From a virus (Duplodnaviria; Caudoviricetes): DNA of 64,000 nucleotides. How positions within the stretch are numbered: position 1 is the first letter of the stretch; each line of letters opens with the position of its first letter. The notes under the pieces are model-generated. The model saw nothing but the letters and a program-made list of their open reading frames with translations, had not been told where the DNA came from and did no database searches. Location: IMG/VR virus record IMGVR_UViG_3300029305_003084; one strand, written 5' to 3'. Both the position numbers and the translations under genes were made by a program. Below are positions 32,643 through 43,697 of this stretch, one piece after another.

Positions 32643-35284
32643 TATCTTATTTCGATAATGTTGGCATTCGTATAATGTACAGGACTAGTACCTGTTAGGA
32701 TAATATCAACATCGTAATTATCAAACATGTTATTATGTGTGATAAGGAAAACCTGTTCACTATCAATCATTTGCATTTGTTTTTCTAATATATTTAAAAA
32801 CATTGCACGATTCTTTGTATCTAATGTAGCATCAATTTCATCTAATAAAAGAATATTATACTTTTTAATAGATTGAGTTATTAGTGCAAATGATAATGCT
32901 AATGATAAGAAACTACGTTCACCTTGCGATGCGTATACAACATCATTAATCCTAATATTATTTTTAATATATGGGATATTAAATTCGGTTGATGTGATAT
33001 CAAAATCATCAATTTCAAAACCACCATCAAATACAATTTCCAATAATTCATTCACATACATTTTTGTATTCTTTAAATATAGTTGAATGAATAATAATGG
33101 AATACCTTTCGTAGAAGATAGTGATTCTTTAATTAAAGCAATTTCTTCAAATTGAGTATTTAATTGATCATGTTCTTTTGATAGATTATCAAACTCTTTC
33201 ATAGTAAACATGAAATTCATAAGATTTTGATTTAATTTATCATATTCCCAATCAATTTCTTTTAACTGATTTACTAATTTTGTTTTTGATCCAATTAGAT
33301 CAGATACCTTTGATAACTTAGTATGAATATTTTTAATCTCTACATTGATATCATCATACTCTTTTTCAAATGCTTGTTTATCATATAATAATTCTTCATA
33401 CCGTTCTAGTTCGATAATCATATTAATGAATCGATTATGGTCATCATTTAAACCATCTATTGTATCTTTTAACTTATGAATTTCAGTTTCTGTCATATGA
33501 ATATCATTATGTAATGAATTTTTCTCTTTCATAATAGCATCAATTGTCGACTGATTACTATTCATAAGTTTAATTTCAGCAGATAATTCTTTTAATTTAG
33601 ACTTATTATTAAGATAATCATCATATTCTTCCGAAAGAGAAATCATATCAGTAATGACTCGTTCATCAAACAGTGAAGGAAATCCACCCTGTATATTTTT
33701 TAAAACAATATCCACTTTAAAATATGGAAGATTGCCTTTTTCAATAAGATAATTATTAGATGATATTAAACTAAATATATGAGCAATGTTTGTATCAATA
33801 TCCAACATATCATATATTTTATTTTTATCATTCTTTAAGGATTCTAAACTTTTTGATTCCGTATTATCATCTTTTGAAAATAACATATCATATAGAAATA
33901 GATACGGGCAGTCATTTGTCACACAATCACTAGGCTTAAATAATACAATACACTCATCATCATTTATTTTATTTTTAAATTGAGATGTGATTTTCAAAAT
34001 TTCTTGATCAATACGTTTAATTTCTTTATTTACATAAGATGTAATATTAACTCCATCCCTAATTAAAGAAATTGTTTTATCAATCATTTTATTGTCGAAT
34101 TCATAAATTTTATTTGCAATAAAATCCATCTCTTTTAGAATACCCAATAATACCATGAGATTATCTTTTGTATAAATTGGAGTATTATTTTTAAATAATT
34201 TCTCCTGCTCATCTACTTTATCATGAATAATACGATACATTTCCATTACTTGATGATAATCAACAACAGATGTGTACATTTTTTCTTTATCTTCTACTGC
34301 CGATAATTTATTATATAGATCACTCAATTTTTCATTATAGAATGTCAGCATATTATTATTCATAGTAATATCAGCAGATAATCTAGTACATTCATTTTGT
34401 GCTGATTGTATTGTGTGTTCAAGAGTACCAAATATTGTAACACAATATTTATTAACTTCTTTTTCTTTTCGTTTAATTTCCTCCGAATAATAACTTTTAC
34501 GTGATTCTAAATCTCTTAGTAAATTATTTATTTTATCAATACCTTCAGGAATAATTAAACCAATTTTTCCTTCAATTGAACCAATATCTTGTTGGATAAT
34601 TGATTTCTTTTCAGATAACATTTTTAACTTAGATTCAGTACTTTCGATATCCTGTTGTAATAAGTCAACATCAACTACATTTAGCTTTGTTAATTTATCA
34701 CTAACAGTTCTTATCATACTTCGTAATACTCTGTTATCTTCAGAAATCTTTTTAAATAACTCATTATACACATTAATGTCAGACAATAAATCTGATGTAA
34801 AATTTTTTCTTTCGGTCGCCTTCATATCAATTAAATTAGACACATTAGAACCTAATCTAAGTAATCTCAGAAAATCTAATTCTAATGATAACTCTAATTG
34901 AATTGTTTCATTGAATGAACTAACATTACCGTTTGGATTTAATTCAACGCCATTTTTTTGAATAAAAGATTTAACAGTTGTACCAGTCTTTTTATTTTTA
35001 TAATGGTGCTGAATTTTATATATAGTATCATTATATTGGATGTGAATTTCTTTAAATCCATCATGTCCGTCCATAATGATATTTGTATTAGCACGAACAT
35101 CCATATTCCCCGAATATGCAAATGGATGTAACGTACTTAATATACTTGTCTTACCAGATCCATTAGGCCCAACAAATAAAATAATTCTATTTTGTGATTG
35201 AGTAAAATCAATCGTTATCTCTCTTTTATTCATTGCTGTGTATATAGTTGCAAAATTTTTTAATTGCAAATATAATATTTTCAA
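32642..35284 (-). CDS. sbcC: SbcC/Rad50-like SMC ATPase
   Basis: GPNGSGKT, long coiled coil, C..C hook, SQGE signature, LLLDE, H-switch. Confidence 0.9.
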   Translation of the reverse strand: MKILYLQLKNFATIYTAMNKREITIDFTQSQNRIILFVGPNGSGKTSILSTLHPFAYSGNMDVRANTNIIMDGHDGFKEIHIQYNDTIYKIQHHYKNKKTGTTVKSFIQKNGVELNPNGNVSSFNETIQLELSLELDFLRLLRLGSNVSNLIDMKATERKNFTSDLLSDINVYNELFKKISEDNRVLRSMIRTVSDKLTKLNVVDVDLLQQDIESTESKLKMLSEKKSIIQQDIGSIEGKIGLIIPEGIDKINNLLRDLESRKSYYSEEIKRKEKEVNKYCVTIFGTLEHTIQSAQNECTRLSADITMNNNMLTFYNEKLSDLYNKLSAVEDKEKMYTSVVDYHQVMEMYRIIHDKVDEQEKLFKNNTPIYTKDNLMVLLGILKEMDFIANKIYEFDNKMIDKTISLIRDGVNITSYVNKEIKRIDQEILKITSQFKNKINDDECIVLFKPSDCVTNDCPYLFLYDMLFSKDDNTESKSLESLKNDKNKIYDMLDIDTNIAHIFSLISSNNYLIEKGNLPYFKVDIVLKNIQGGFPSLFDERVITDMISLSEEYDDYLNNKSKLKELSAEIKLMNSNQSTIDAIMKEKNSLHNDIHMTETEIHKLKDTIDGLNDDHNRFINMIIELERYEELLYDKQAFEKEYDDINVEIKNIHTKLSKVSDLIGSKTKLVNQLKEIDWEYDKLNQNLMNFMFTMKEFDNLSKEHDQLNTQFEEIALIKESLSSTKGIPLLFIQLYLKNTKMYVNELLEIVFDGGFEIDDFDITSTEFNIPYIKNNIRINDVVYASQGERSFLSLALSFALITQSIKKYNILLLDEIDATLDTKNRAMFLNILEKQMQMIDSEQVFLITHNNMFDNYDVDIILTGTSPVHYTNANIIEIR

Positions 35285-35302
35285 GGTTCTCCAACCCTTT
35301 CT

Positions 35303-35965
35303 TTAATGTAAATCATCGCTGTTTATAACAATAGGGCCAGGTAAAGGATTAATATTATCTAATCCTGCATCATACACCTTAACCTCAAATTTCAAACCTA
35401 AAATCTCACACCATCTTAAGAAATTAGGAACAGTCATTTTTGTAGGTTTCGTTAAAGCAGATTTCATGTTATTTAAACTATACTCATTACCAAATCTGCT
35501 TTTATAATTTTTTAAGTTAATATCTTTATCGATGATTGCTTTCTTAATGATATATTTTAAGAAGTCATCATCTTCAGTTATCATAGGTTTATAACTACTG
35601 GAATTATTATTAATGATTTCAATATCATCTAAATCAATAAATGCAGTTTTAGCAGATTCAATTGATTCAAAGATACTATCAGTACTTAATTCATTGATGT
35701 TATCTACACTGTATTTTTCTTTATATTTCTTTTTAGGTTCTTCAAATACATACTCACCATTGATTTTATAAATACCTGGTAAAGTAATATCATCTTTTGA
35801 TTTTACTTTACCACGATATACATATACATAATCATCAATGATATATGCAACATTTTTCTTTAATGATTTATTTTCATAGAATACATCTACATTGTAATAA
35901 TCATCATCAATAATAATTACAGGCTGTGTCCCAATAAATACATTACATTTCATGATAGTTGCCAC
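35303..35965 (-). CDS. Hypothetical protein
   Basis: 220 aa, promoter motif upstream. Confidence 0.6.
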   Translation of the reverse strand: MATIMKCNVFIGTQPVIIIDDDYYNVDVFYENKSLKKNVAYIIDDYVYVYRGKVKSKDDITLPGIYKINGEYVFEEPKKKYKEKYSVDNINELSTDSIFESIESAKTAFIDLDDIEIINNNSSSYKPMITEDDDFLKYIIKKAIIDKDINLKNYKSRFGNEYSLNNMKSALTKPTKMTVPNFLRWCEILGLKFEVKVYDAGLDNINPLPGPIVINSDDLH

Positions 35966-36004
35966 CCTTCTATTATTGTCAATAATATAATATATAATTC
36001 AAAT

Positions 36005-36733
36005 TCAGTTTGGTAATCCACTCATAATGTCTTCTGTTTCTTTAGAAAAATTAGCAGTTACTGTTTCAGGTTCTTTATTATCCCAAACAAATTTATTTCG
36101 TCTGTAACTATTAGTTATAGATTGATTATTATTTAAGATTTCATCTTTATAATACGACACATAATAATTTAATAATAATTGAGAATATTGATATAAATCA
36201 ATCTTCTCTAATGTATATAATACAGTTTCTAATTCTGTAAATGTTAACGGAATAACATTTGATGTTTTATTAATAAATAAATTAACACCCTCATATGATG
36301 TTTCATTTTCATCATATATTATAGCAGGTATTCCGATAATAGCACTATTCGTTCCTAATTGTAATAGTTCTTTAGCTTCATCTGCAACATCTTGGTGAAG
36401 TATAAGTTCATCGCCTTTTACGACAAATAAATCTTTTTTATACATGTTTTTAACCAATCGTCTAAAGAACATAATAACTTGAAATATTGAATGTTGATTT
36501 ATGAGTAATGATTTGGTTTTATCGAATCCAAAATCATTATTTTTATCTACAACATCAATTGATATGAATGCTGCACAATTCACATACACATATCTATCTT
36601 TACCATATTCGGTTTCATTATGAAACTGAAATGTAAATTTTCCATTGTCTGCTTTTAATTTAACATGTAATTTTAATGTCATTGTTTTAAATGTTAATAA
36701 AGTTCTAGTGATTTTAATAGGTGGATTCCCCAT
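36005..36733 (-). CDS. Hypothetical protein
   Basis: 242 aa, AAGGTGG RBS, AACG-N6-TA at 36759-36770. Confidence 0.6.
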   Translation of the reverse strand: MGNPPIKITRTLLTFKTMTLKLHVKLKADNGKFTFQFHNETEYGKDRYVYVNCAAFISIDVVDKNNDFGFDKTKSLLINQHSIFQVIMFFRRLVKNMYKKDLFVVKGDELILHQDVADEAKELLQLGTNSAIIGIPAIIYDENETSYEGVNLFINKTSNVIPLTFTELETVLYTLEKIDLYQYSQLLLNYYVSYYKDEILNNNQSITNSYRRNKFVWDNKEPETVTANFSKETEDIMSGLPN

Positions 36734-36844
36734 TATAAATTACCACCTTTCGTAATATTATACATACGTTTTCGACTATATAATTTTCTACTTTAAAAAA
36801 ATATTTGGGTATATGGATCATAATAAATCCATATACCCAAATCA

Positions 36845-39800
36845 TTAATCGATTATTTTAATTTCATCAGTATCTAAATTAATTTCGATATAATATAATC
36901 CTTCTCGATATCTTTTGATCGTATCCATAGTAATACTATGTTTTGAATCATTAATATCTAAAAGATAATCATAATACTCTTTGGAATTATCCAATGGAGA
37001 TGTAATATTTAAACATTCATCATCCATTAACAAATTGGTTTCAATGTCTTTATCAAAATTATATTTGAATTCTTCTGGTTCATGAGCATCATTAAAATAT
37101 AATCCATGTGTTTTACAAAATGGTGTTGCTAATGATGATGTACCAGGATCTGAGGTTCCGCAGACATTAAGATCAATACGTCCAATATAAGATGGATGAA
37201 TAGATCTATATTTGGCACTGATATTATTGTCGTTCTTATTTCCTAAGCTATTCGGACCTTTAGATGTTAACTTTAACTTTAAGAAGAAATCCATGTCGTT
37301 AACCCGGTCATCGAAGCGCAACAAGCCGCTCGAGTGTAATTGAGATAAAATAATATCACCATTGAATTTAAATATCTCTTTTACATTTTTCATAGTGGCT
37401 TTATTACCCATTGCAATGATACGATTGACCCTCTCTGAAAAGATTTTAGTTAATAAAGACGCAATATCATTTATGTTCACATAAGGTCGTTAATCTTATG
37501 CAGTTCTCTTATGAACTTCTCTATATTTCTATAGAGATCAGACTATATCTTAACTATTTAAAATAGCAATACCCGTTTCGAGCTCACTTAAGCCCTACTT
37601 CCTTTCGGAATAGTCGTTGAACCTTCACCTATTTATTAATTTTTTAATATTTATCAAAATTATACTTCATAGAAATATTCTTCCAAACTTTATGATTGCG
37701 TAATGAATAACACATAGTTTTAAAAGTAGATTGTTCATTTTTATTTATCAAATTATAATAATCATATAATTCCGATACTTTAACACCGTTACTCATAGAT
37801 TTACAAATAAATTCTATATCTTCAGGCTTCCATTTAGTTGTTATATAATTACTAAAATCATACGTATTTGATAAGTGAGACCATAGCTTTTTATTACGTA
37901 TTTTAGCACACATGCCTCTAAATGCTAAGAAATCATTTTCAGAAACATTTAAATCTTTAGCTATATCACGAACATGTATTCCTTTGGACATCTGTTCACA
38001 TATGTAAATTATTTGATCATCTGTCCATCTTGAAATATTGTGATGTCTTAAACTTTTTATAACATTGTCCTTTGCATTTAATAATCGTAAATTAGATTTA
38101 TGGTTATCTAATTTATTATTGTTAATATGATCAATGTGCATACCATCAATTAGTTTTCCAATATAAGTTTCATATACTAATTGATGAACTAATCTATCTA
38201 AATAAACACCATCATCATTAGTTAAAGATAGTCTTAAATATCCAACTTTATTAAAACTTTTCTTTAAAAAAGCTTTCATTTTAGTACTATATATCATACC
38301 ATCTTCACTAATATAATAATTTGTAAAATTTGGTATTGGTCTAAATACTTTATCTAGAATAGTAATATGGTCATCATGTTTAATTATATATTTTTGATCA
38401 AATATATAATTTAATTGCCGATATCCCGTAAGGGTTTTCTTATATTTTACAGGTAAATCTATAATACCAACAAATATTGATAATGTTAATTTAATTAAAT
38501 CAACAACTACAAATTTTTGTAAATTATCAGAAAATAAATTTACAGTATTATTATCATAATCGATATCTATAAAATCTCCAGTATTAAATTTTCCGATATT
38601 TTTTCTTACTTGTATAAACCCATTTGGATATATGATATAGTTAGTAAATCCTGGAATTATATTATATTTTACATTATTTTTTAATTCCAATGAATCATTC
38701 CTCTCATATGGTATATCATATAATTAATAAATATTATAATAGGTGATTGGCTGCGGATTATCCAATTTCAATAATTTTTACTATACCTATGATAGTTACT
38801 CATAGCCACTTATATATTACTATATAAATTTAGTATATTGAACTCTAAGGATTTTCCCGCAATTAAAGTATTAAGAGCTAATTGCTAACTCATTGCATCG
38901 TAATCGTTTATTACCTAAATCTAAATTATCTTTTCTTCTTAATGGCTCAAAATTTTGTACTAACCATCTAATAATAGAATATATGCTCTTAGTATGAATT
39001 GGGTGTAATTTTAAAATTCTTTTTGTCGTATCATCAATAATACGATTAAAGAATGTCATTGTTTTTTGACCTTTATCATACTGTGAATTCTTATTAGATG
39101 TACCGATAGCACCAATTGTTTCAATCCAATAATGTTTATTAAATAAATCATCAATACTAACTCGGTTAGACATGATTTTTAAAATCATAAACGTTACAGA
39201 TTTAACATATGTGTACTTCATAAAGAATTCTCTATTTACTTCAATAAATAATTTAGAATGAATTTGGAAGTAAATATACTTCTTATTATCAATTACTTCT
39301 GAAGTAAAATTCATAATTTTATCCATGGAGAAATACTGTAATGCCCAAACAATTCCTCCATTTGCTAGATAAAATAACATAATATCCATATCTTTTCTAA
39401 AGATATTAATGGTATATGTTGGTGCCATAAATGCTTCACCAGATGTAGAAACTGATGTATATTTCTGCATTTTAATAATAACTGGCATCATACTTTTAAG
39501 AATTAAACTACTTTTTGTAGTATAAGTGGAGTTATCGACAATTTGCCATAACAGAAAATATTTATTTCCTTTTACTGTATAATATCCATCGTCATCTGGA
39601 ATTGGGATTAGAATTTTCTTAGTGATAGTTTCTTCCTCATCACCACATTTTAAATCAAATGTTAATCTCAATTCAGCATTTCGATTATCATACATATACA
39701 TGTATTTTGTTGATTTCGATTCTTTTTTTCCTCTTGCACGTTGGTCAATATATTCTGATGTATTAATGTCAGCTTCATTGGTAATTAGTTCATATCCTTT

Positions 39801-39953
39801 GAATTTGATATATTCTAATACCTCTAATGATTTACAACAATCGATAATATAATCAACTAATTGACCATCTTCTATTCGATTAATTAAATCAAAATTTATT
39901 TGATCTTCATTTGGGTTATTATATGCTTGTAAGAATTTTCTCATGTTGTACAT
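36845..39953 (-). CDS. RNA polymerase beta subunit, N-terminal part (spliced, ~562 aa)
   Basis: Exons 39953-38888 and 37467-36845 join as DLGNKRLRCNEYIASLL; GPNSLG and R.IHPSYIGR motifs (cf. beta R.VH.THYGR). Confidence 0.85.
37468..38887 (-). mobile_element. Group I intron with HNH ORF
   Basis: P1 GAGT|TA..TAGCTC; core elements present; ends GTGAACATAAATG. Confidence 0.9.
37644..38690 (-). CDS. Intron-encoded HNH homing endonuclease
   Basis: VHQLVY..IDHINNNKLDNHKSNL; duplicated N- and C-terminal modules. Confidence 0.85.
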   Translation of the reverse strand: MELKNNVKYNIIPGFTNYIIYPNGFIQVRKNIGKFNTGDFIDIDYDNNTVNLFSDNLQKFVVVDLIKLTLSIFVGIIDLPVKYKKTLTGYRQLNYIFDQKYIIKHDDHITILDKVFRPIPNFTNYYISEDGMIYSTKMKAFLKKSFNKVGYLRLSLTNDDGVYLDRLVHQLVYETYIGKLIDGMHIDHINNNKLDNHKSNLRLLNAKDNVIKSLRHHNISRWTDDQIIYICEQMSKGIHVRDIAKDLNVSENDFLAFRGMCAKIRNKKLWSHLSNTYDFSNYITTKWKPEDIEFICKSMSNGVKVSELYDYYNLINKNEQSTFKTMCYSLRNHKVWKNISMKYNFDKY

Positions 39954-40069
39954 AACCCTCCATATTTAAATAAATTAATTTAAAAAAATACAACCTGAGA
40001 CTATATTAATCTCAGGTTGTATTTTAAATTGCAACAAAATCTCAATCAGATACGTATTAACCGATGAAA

Positions 40070-40228
40070 TTAATCATCTTGGTCATCTTCTAATTCGATA
40101 TCTAGTGCAACACATGTAGAAATTTCTAATTGTTCTTCAAGAACTTTAAATAGATCTCTCTTAAGTGCTTTAATGTCACTATCATCGAGTTTTGCAGATA
40201 ATTGTATAGTATACCATTTCTTAGACAT
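40070..40228 (-). CDS. Small hypothetical protein (52 aa), not in ORF track
   Basis: MSKKWYTIQLSAKLDD..EDDQDD starts 1 nt after upstream stop. Confidence 0.5.
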   Translation of the reverse strand: MSKKWYTIQLSAKLDDSDIKALKRDLFKVLEEQLEISTCVALDIELEDDQDD

Positions 40229-40229
40229 A

Positions 40230-40613
40230 TTAGTCTTCATCTTCAGTTAGTTCATCAGACTTAATAATAGTCTTCAGAATAGTACCGGGCTGAAGGAAGG
40301 GAGTGAAATTACCACCCTTTTCACTATCGTCAGGAGACTCACGATAAGTGATACCCATTTCAATTAAGTTCATTAGATTAACAACTCTGTCAGAGTCCTT
40401 GTCTCTATTCTGTTCAAGGAACTTTGCAGCAGAGTAAATGAACTCATATACAATAGTGGGGATTGCCTTTGCTAGGCTAATCTTAATAGAATGCTCTTTT
40501 TCTAGAATTGCCTGACAGTCATTTGCAATTCTTTCGAGGTCTGCCTTTTCCTGTGCAGTACCATTGAACTCAATTAACTTTGCATTTTCTGATGCCATTT
40601 TAATTACCTCCAT
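40230..40613 (-). CDS. Hypothetical protein, possibly HU/IHF-like DNA-binding
   Basis: C-terminal PFLQPGTILK resembles HU PxFKPGKxLK; weak. Confidence 0.45.
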   Translation of the reverse strand: MEVIKMASENAKLIEFNGTAQEKADLERIANDCQAILEKEHSIKISLAKAIPTIVYEFIYSAAKFLEQNRDKDSDRVVNLMNLIEMGITYRESPDDSEKGGNFTPFLQPGTILKTIIKSDELTEDED

Positions 40614-40745
40614 TAATGTTTAAATATAAGTGGAACTTACTTTTATGTTAACAGAGAAATAACTTTTTATTTTTCCCTGTCACATACTACTATAATATAT
40701 ACTTGAAATTTCTTTTAATTTTTTCTATAGATAATTGTATATTGA

Positions 40746-40925
40746 TCACCATATTGTCATAAATATGAATATCATAATTATTAATGTTGATACTGTTAAA
40801 GTTGCAATAGTACCTGCTTCTGAATCTGACATACTTCTACCATTTAATTTAAATAAAAATCTAATCATACTTATAATGTATATTAATGATATTATCACTT
40901 CACTAATAAGTATACCATATCGCAT
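40746..40925 (-). CDS. Small membrane protein (59 aa)
   Basis: MRYGILISEVIISLIYII..LIIMIFIFMTIW, two hydrophobic helices, AAGAGG RBS. Confidence 0.55.
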   Translation of the reverse strand: MRYGILISEVIISLIYIISMIRFLFKLNGRSMSDSEAGTIATLTVSTLIIMIFIFMTIW

Positions 40926-40950
40926 TATTGTATACCTCTTTTTATAGTTA

Positions 40951-41175
40951 TCATATAGTATTGATAATTGTTAATACCAAAAGCATTAAAACTGCGTTAA
41001 TGTTCAGTTTACGTAAACCGATTGATTTTGGATCATTACCATTATCACCGATTATACCATTATAAAATATTATGAAAATATATAAAATATCAAATAGTAC
41101 TACATATAAACAATATCCACCAACCCATAAGTTAAATATACATATACATAATTCAAATATTACTTCATTTATCAT
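40951..41175 (-). CDS. Small membrane protein (74 aa)
   Basis: Hydrophobic ORF, IFEL motif shared with upstream peptides. Confidence 0.55.
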   Translation of the reverse strand: MINEVIFELCICIFNLWVGGYCLYVVLFDILYIFIIFYNGIIGDNGNDPKSIGLRKLNINAVLMLLVLTIINTI

Positions 41176-41204
41176 AATATGAACCTTTTTTCATAATATC
41201 ATAA

Positions 41205-41366
41205 TTAAATAAGAAATGCTGATAACAATATTAGTATTGAAATAAGGATAATTCTAAGTACTGTAATTAGCTGTAGCGATTCACAAAAATTGGTAGTATT
41301 TATTGTATATAAAAGATATACAAATGCAAATATAAATAAGCATAATCCAATTAATTCAAATATCAT
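41205..41366 (-). CDS. Small membrane protein (53 aa)
   Basis: MIFELIGLCLFIFAFVYLL.. after GGGGGAG RBS. Confidence 0.55.
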   Translation of the reverse strand: MIFELIGLCLFIFAFVYLLYTINTTNFCESLQLITVLRIILISILILLSAFLI

Positions 41367-41381
41367 GATATAACTCCCCCT

Positions 41382-41498
41382 TTATAATATCATAATTAAA
41401 TAAGAAATGATGTCAAAAATATCATATAATGATATTCCGACATATAAAGATCCAAATACAACCCCATAAAAAGTAAATATTAATTCAAGTATTATCAT
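41382..41498 (-). CDS. Small membrane protein (38 aa)
   Basis: MIILELIFTFYGVVFGSLYVG..YLIMIL after GAAGGT. Confidence 0.5.
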   Translation of the reverse strand: MIILELIFTFYGVVFGSLYVGISLYDIFDIISYLIMIL

Positions 41499-41512
41499 AA
41501 TAACCTTCGTTT

Positions 41513-43597
41513 TTATTTATACTTAAAATATTTATATGCTTCTTCTAATGTGAGAATCATCTTATTATCTTTCTTTGCTTTATCAATCTTATCTGTTGAT
41601 TTATTCTTATTCTCACAAATAACAATATCGATATCTTTTGTATATGATTTACACACTTCAATTTCAATAGATTTTAAATATTTTTCAAAATCTTTATCTC
41701 TTACCTGTGTGAATAATACTTTCATTTTATATACAGTACCGTCATGTTTAACATTTAATTCTTTCATTAAGAATCGTATTAACTTAACATTTGAAAGAAT
41801 GCCAACTACAACTTTATTCGCAGTTGTTTCTTTGATTCCTTCAATTTCAATTAATTTATGTCCTTTATTTTTCTCACATAATGTAATTAATTCATCAATC
41901 GTATAATTATTTAAAATCTTTTTAAACATTCTCTGACCAATATCAGGAATACCTAAAGATCCTAACAAAACATAATCAAACACATCTTTTCGTTTATTAA
42001 TTCCTTTGATGATGTTATTATATTTTTTAGTACCGAATCCATCTAAGTTTACAATTCTAGTTTTATAATAATCTAGATGATATAAATCTTCGATAGACTT
42101 CAGGATTCCTTGTTTAAATAATTCACTAATAATGCCGATTGAAATATTTTCAATATTCATTTTAGTGACATAATTGACTAATTTACCAACTACTCTACTA
42201 GGACATTCGGGATTGACACATCTTAAAATTGGCTCATTCCATAATTTCTCTCCACAATATTCACAATGAGTTGGTGTAATAATAGGTTCACCATCACCCT
42301 TTATACATGTATCATCTACATATAAATATGGTACGATATTGTATCGAATCAATACTTCATCACCTTTATTCAGATGTAAAGATTCGCATCGATCGATAGA
42401 TCCCAATGACACATTATTAATTGTGTTACCTTCCATTTTAATTGGTTCAATTTTTGCTACTGGTGTAATACCACCTAATACACCAATAGAGAATTCAACA
42501 TCAATCAATTTGGCTTTCTTAGAATCAGGCACTAATTTATATGCAACTTCATATTTATTAATTGCATCATCTCGACCTAATTCTTTTCTTAAATTTGTAT
42601 CATCTAATACTAATACCACACCATCAATTGGACAATCCATCATAGTTCGCATATATTCTTTCATATCAATAATGGATTGCTTTATATTATCATAATCTTT
42701 TAAATTAACTGATATAACAGGATAATCAATAAATGGTTTCCCTGGAATAACAATTTCTTTTGTATCATAATTTTGGATTCTTAATGGAATAATCGATACA
42801 TATTTTAATACGTTTGTATTAATACCATCCGTATTTACAATAGAACTAATTGCACTTCTTGGAGATTTGAAATCACCATATTTTTTACAGAACTTTTCAA
42901 AATTGTTATATGTCATAATAACTTCAGTCTTTATACCAAAATTAGAATCCCAGTTAGGATATGTGGGGAATTTAATTGCACCAAAAATGTGATTCAATAC
43001 AACTGCCTCATTTATTTTTGTATCTCCTCTACTGAGTGCATTAATCACATTACCATTTTTATCTACTTCAAAAATTACGGAAACTCCATCGAATTTAGGA
43101 TACATTTTTGCATTCAATTCAGATTCCAATAATTCTCTACCTAATTTATTTTCTAACCCATTAACCCATTCTTCTAAACTTTTTCTTTTATCATTTCCTT
43201 TTTCTTTTCTACTAAGAAAATGAATTTTATCTAAAGTTCCTCTTAAATCAGGATAATTATGGTTTGCAATTTTTACATCATGCTTAATGACTGGTGCACC
43301 AACAATATCTTTATTTAATGTATACATAATATACATTTCATATAAGATATCATAATCTTCATCAGTCACAGGAGATTCTACACCAGAATTATTATAAAGA
43401 TTTTGTAATATCTTGATGATCGTTCCCATAATTACGATATCTTCTTCCATAATAGGGCCTTCATGATGCTTATACATATTAATGATGTTATTAATCTTAA
43501 TCGTACCTAATGTAGTAGATAATTCTTCAAATTTATTTATTTGTAAACTCATTTCATAGATAGCTGTTAAAGTTGCTATCAATTTAGTTTTATCCAT
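41513..43597 (-). CDS. ligA: NAD-dependent DNA ligase
   Basis: KFDG adenylation motif, DGVV, AYK, zinc finger (CEYC..CVNPEC), HhH and BRCT-like end. Confidence 0.92.
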   Translation of the reverse strand: MDKTKLIATLTAIYEMSLQINKFEELSTTLGTIKINNIINMYKHHEGPIMEEDIVIMGTIIKILQNLYNNSGVESPVTDEDYDILYEMYIMYTLNKDIVGAPVIKHDVKIANHNYPDLRGTLDKIHFLSRKEKGNDKRKSLEEWVNGLENKLGRELLESELNAKMYPKFDGVSVIFEVDKNGNVINALSRGDTKINEAVVLNHIFGAIKFPTYPNWDSNFGIKTEVIMTYNNFEKFCKKYGDFKSPRSAISSIVNTDGINTNVLKYVSIIPLRIQNYDTKEIVIPGKPFIDYPVISVNLKDYDNIKQSIIDMKEYMRTMMDCPIDGVVLVLDDTNLRKELGRDDAINKYEVAYKLVPDSKKAKLIDVEFSIGVLGGITPVAKIEPIKMEGNTINNVSLGSIDRCESLHLNKGDEVLIRYNIVPYLYVDDTCIKGDGEPIITPTHCEYCGEKLWNEPILRCVNPECPSRVVGKLVNYVTKMNIENISIGIISELFKQGILKSIEDLYHLDYYKTRIVNLDGFGTKKYNNIIKGINKRKDVFDYVLLGSLGIPDIGQRMFKKILNNYTIDELITLCEKNKGHKLIEIEGIKETTANKVVVGILSNVKLIRFLMKELNVKHDGTVYKMKVLFTQVRDKDFEKYLKSIEIEVCKSYTKDIDIVICENKNKSTDKIDKAKKDNKMILTLEEAYKYFKYK

Positions 43598-43697
43598 AAA
43601 AAATCATTCCTTTCTTTTTATACTATTATAATATATAATTCAAATAATTTTTATATTTTTAGAAAAAAAATAAAGGGGAAATAAATCCCCTCTATTT

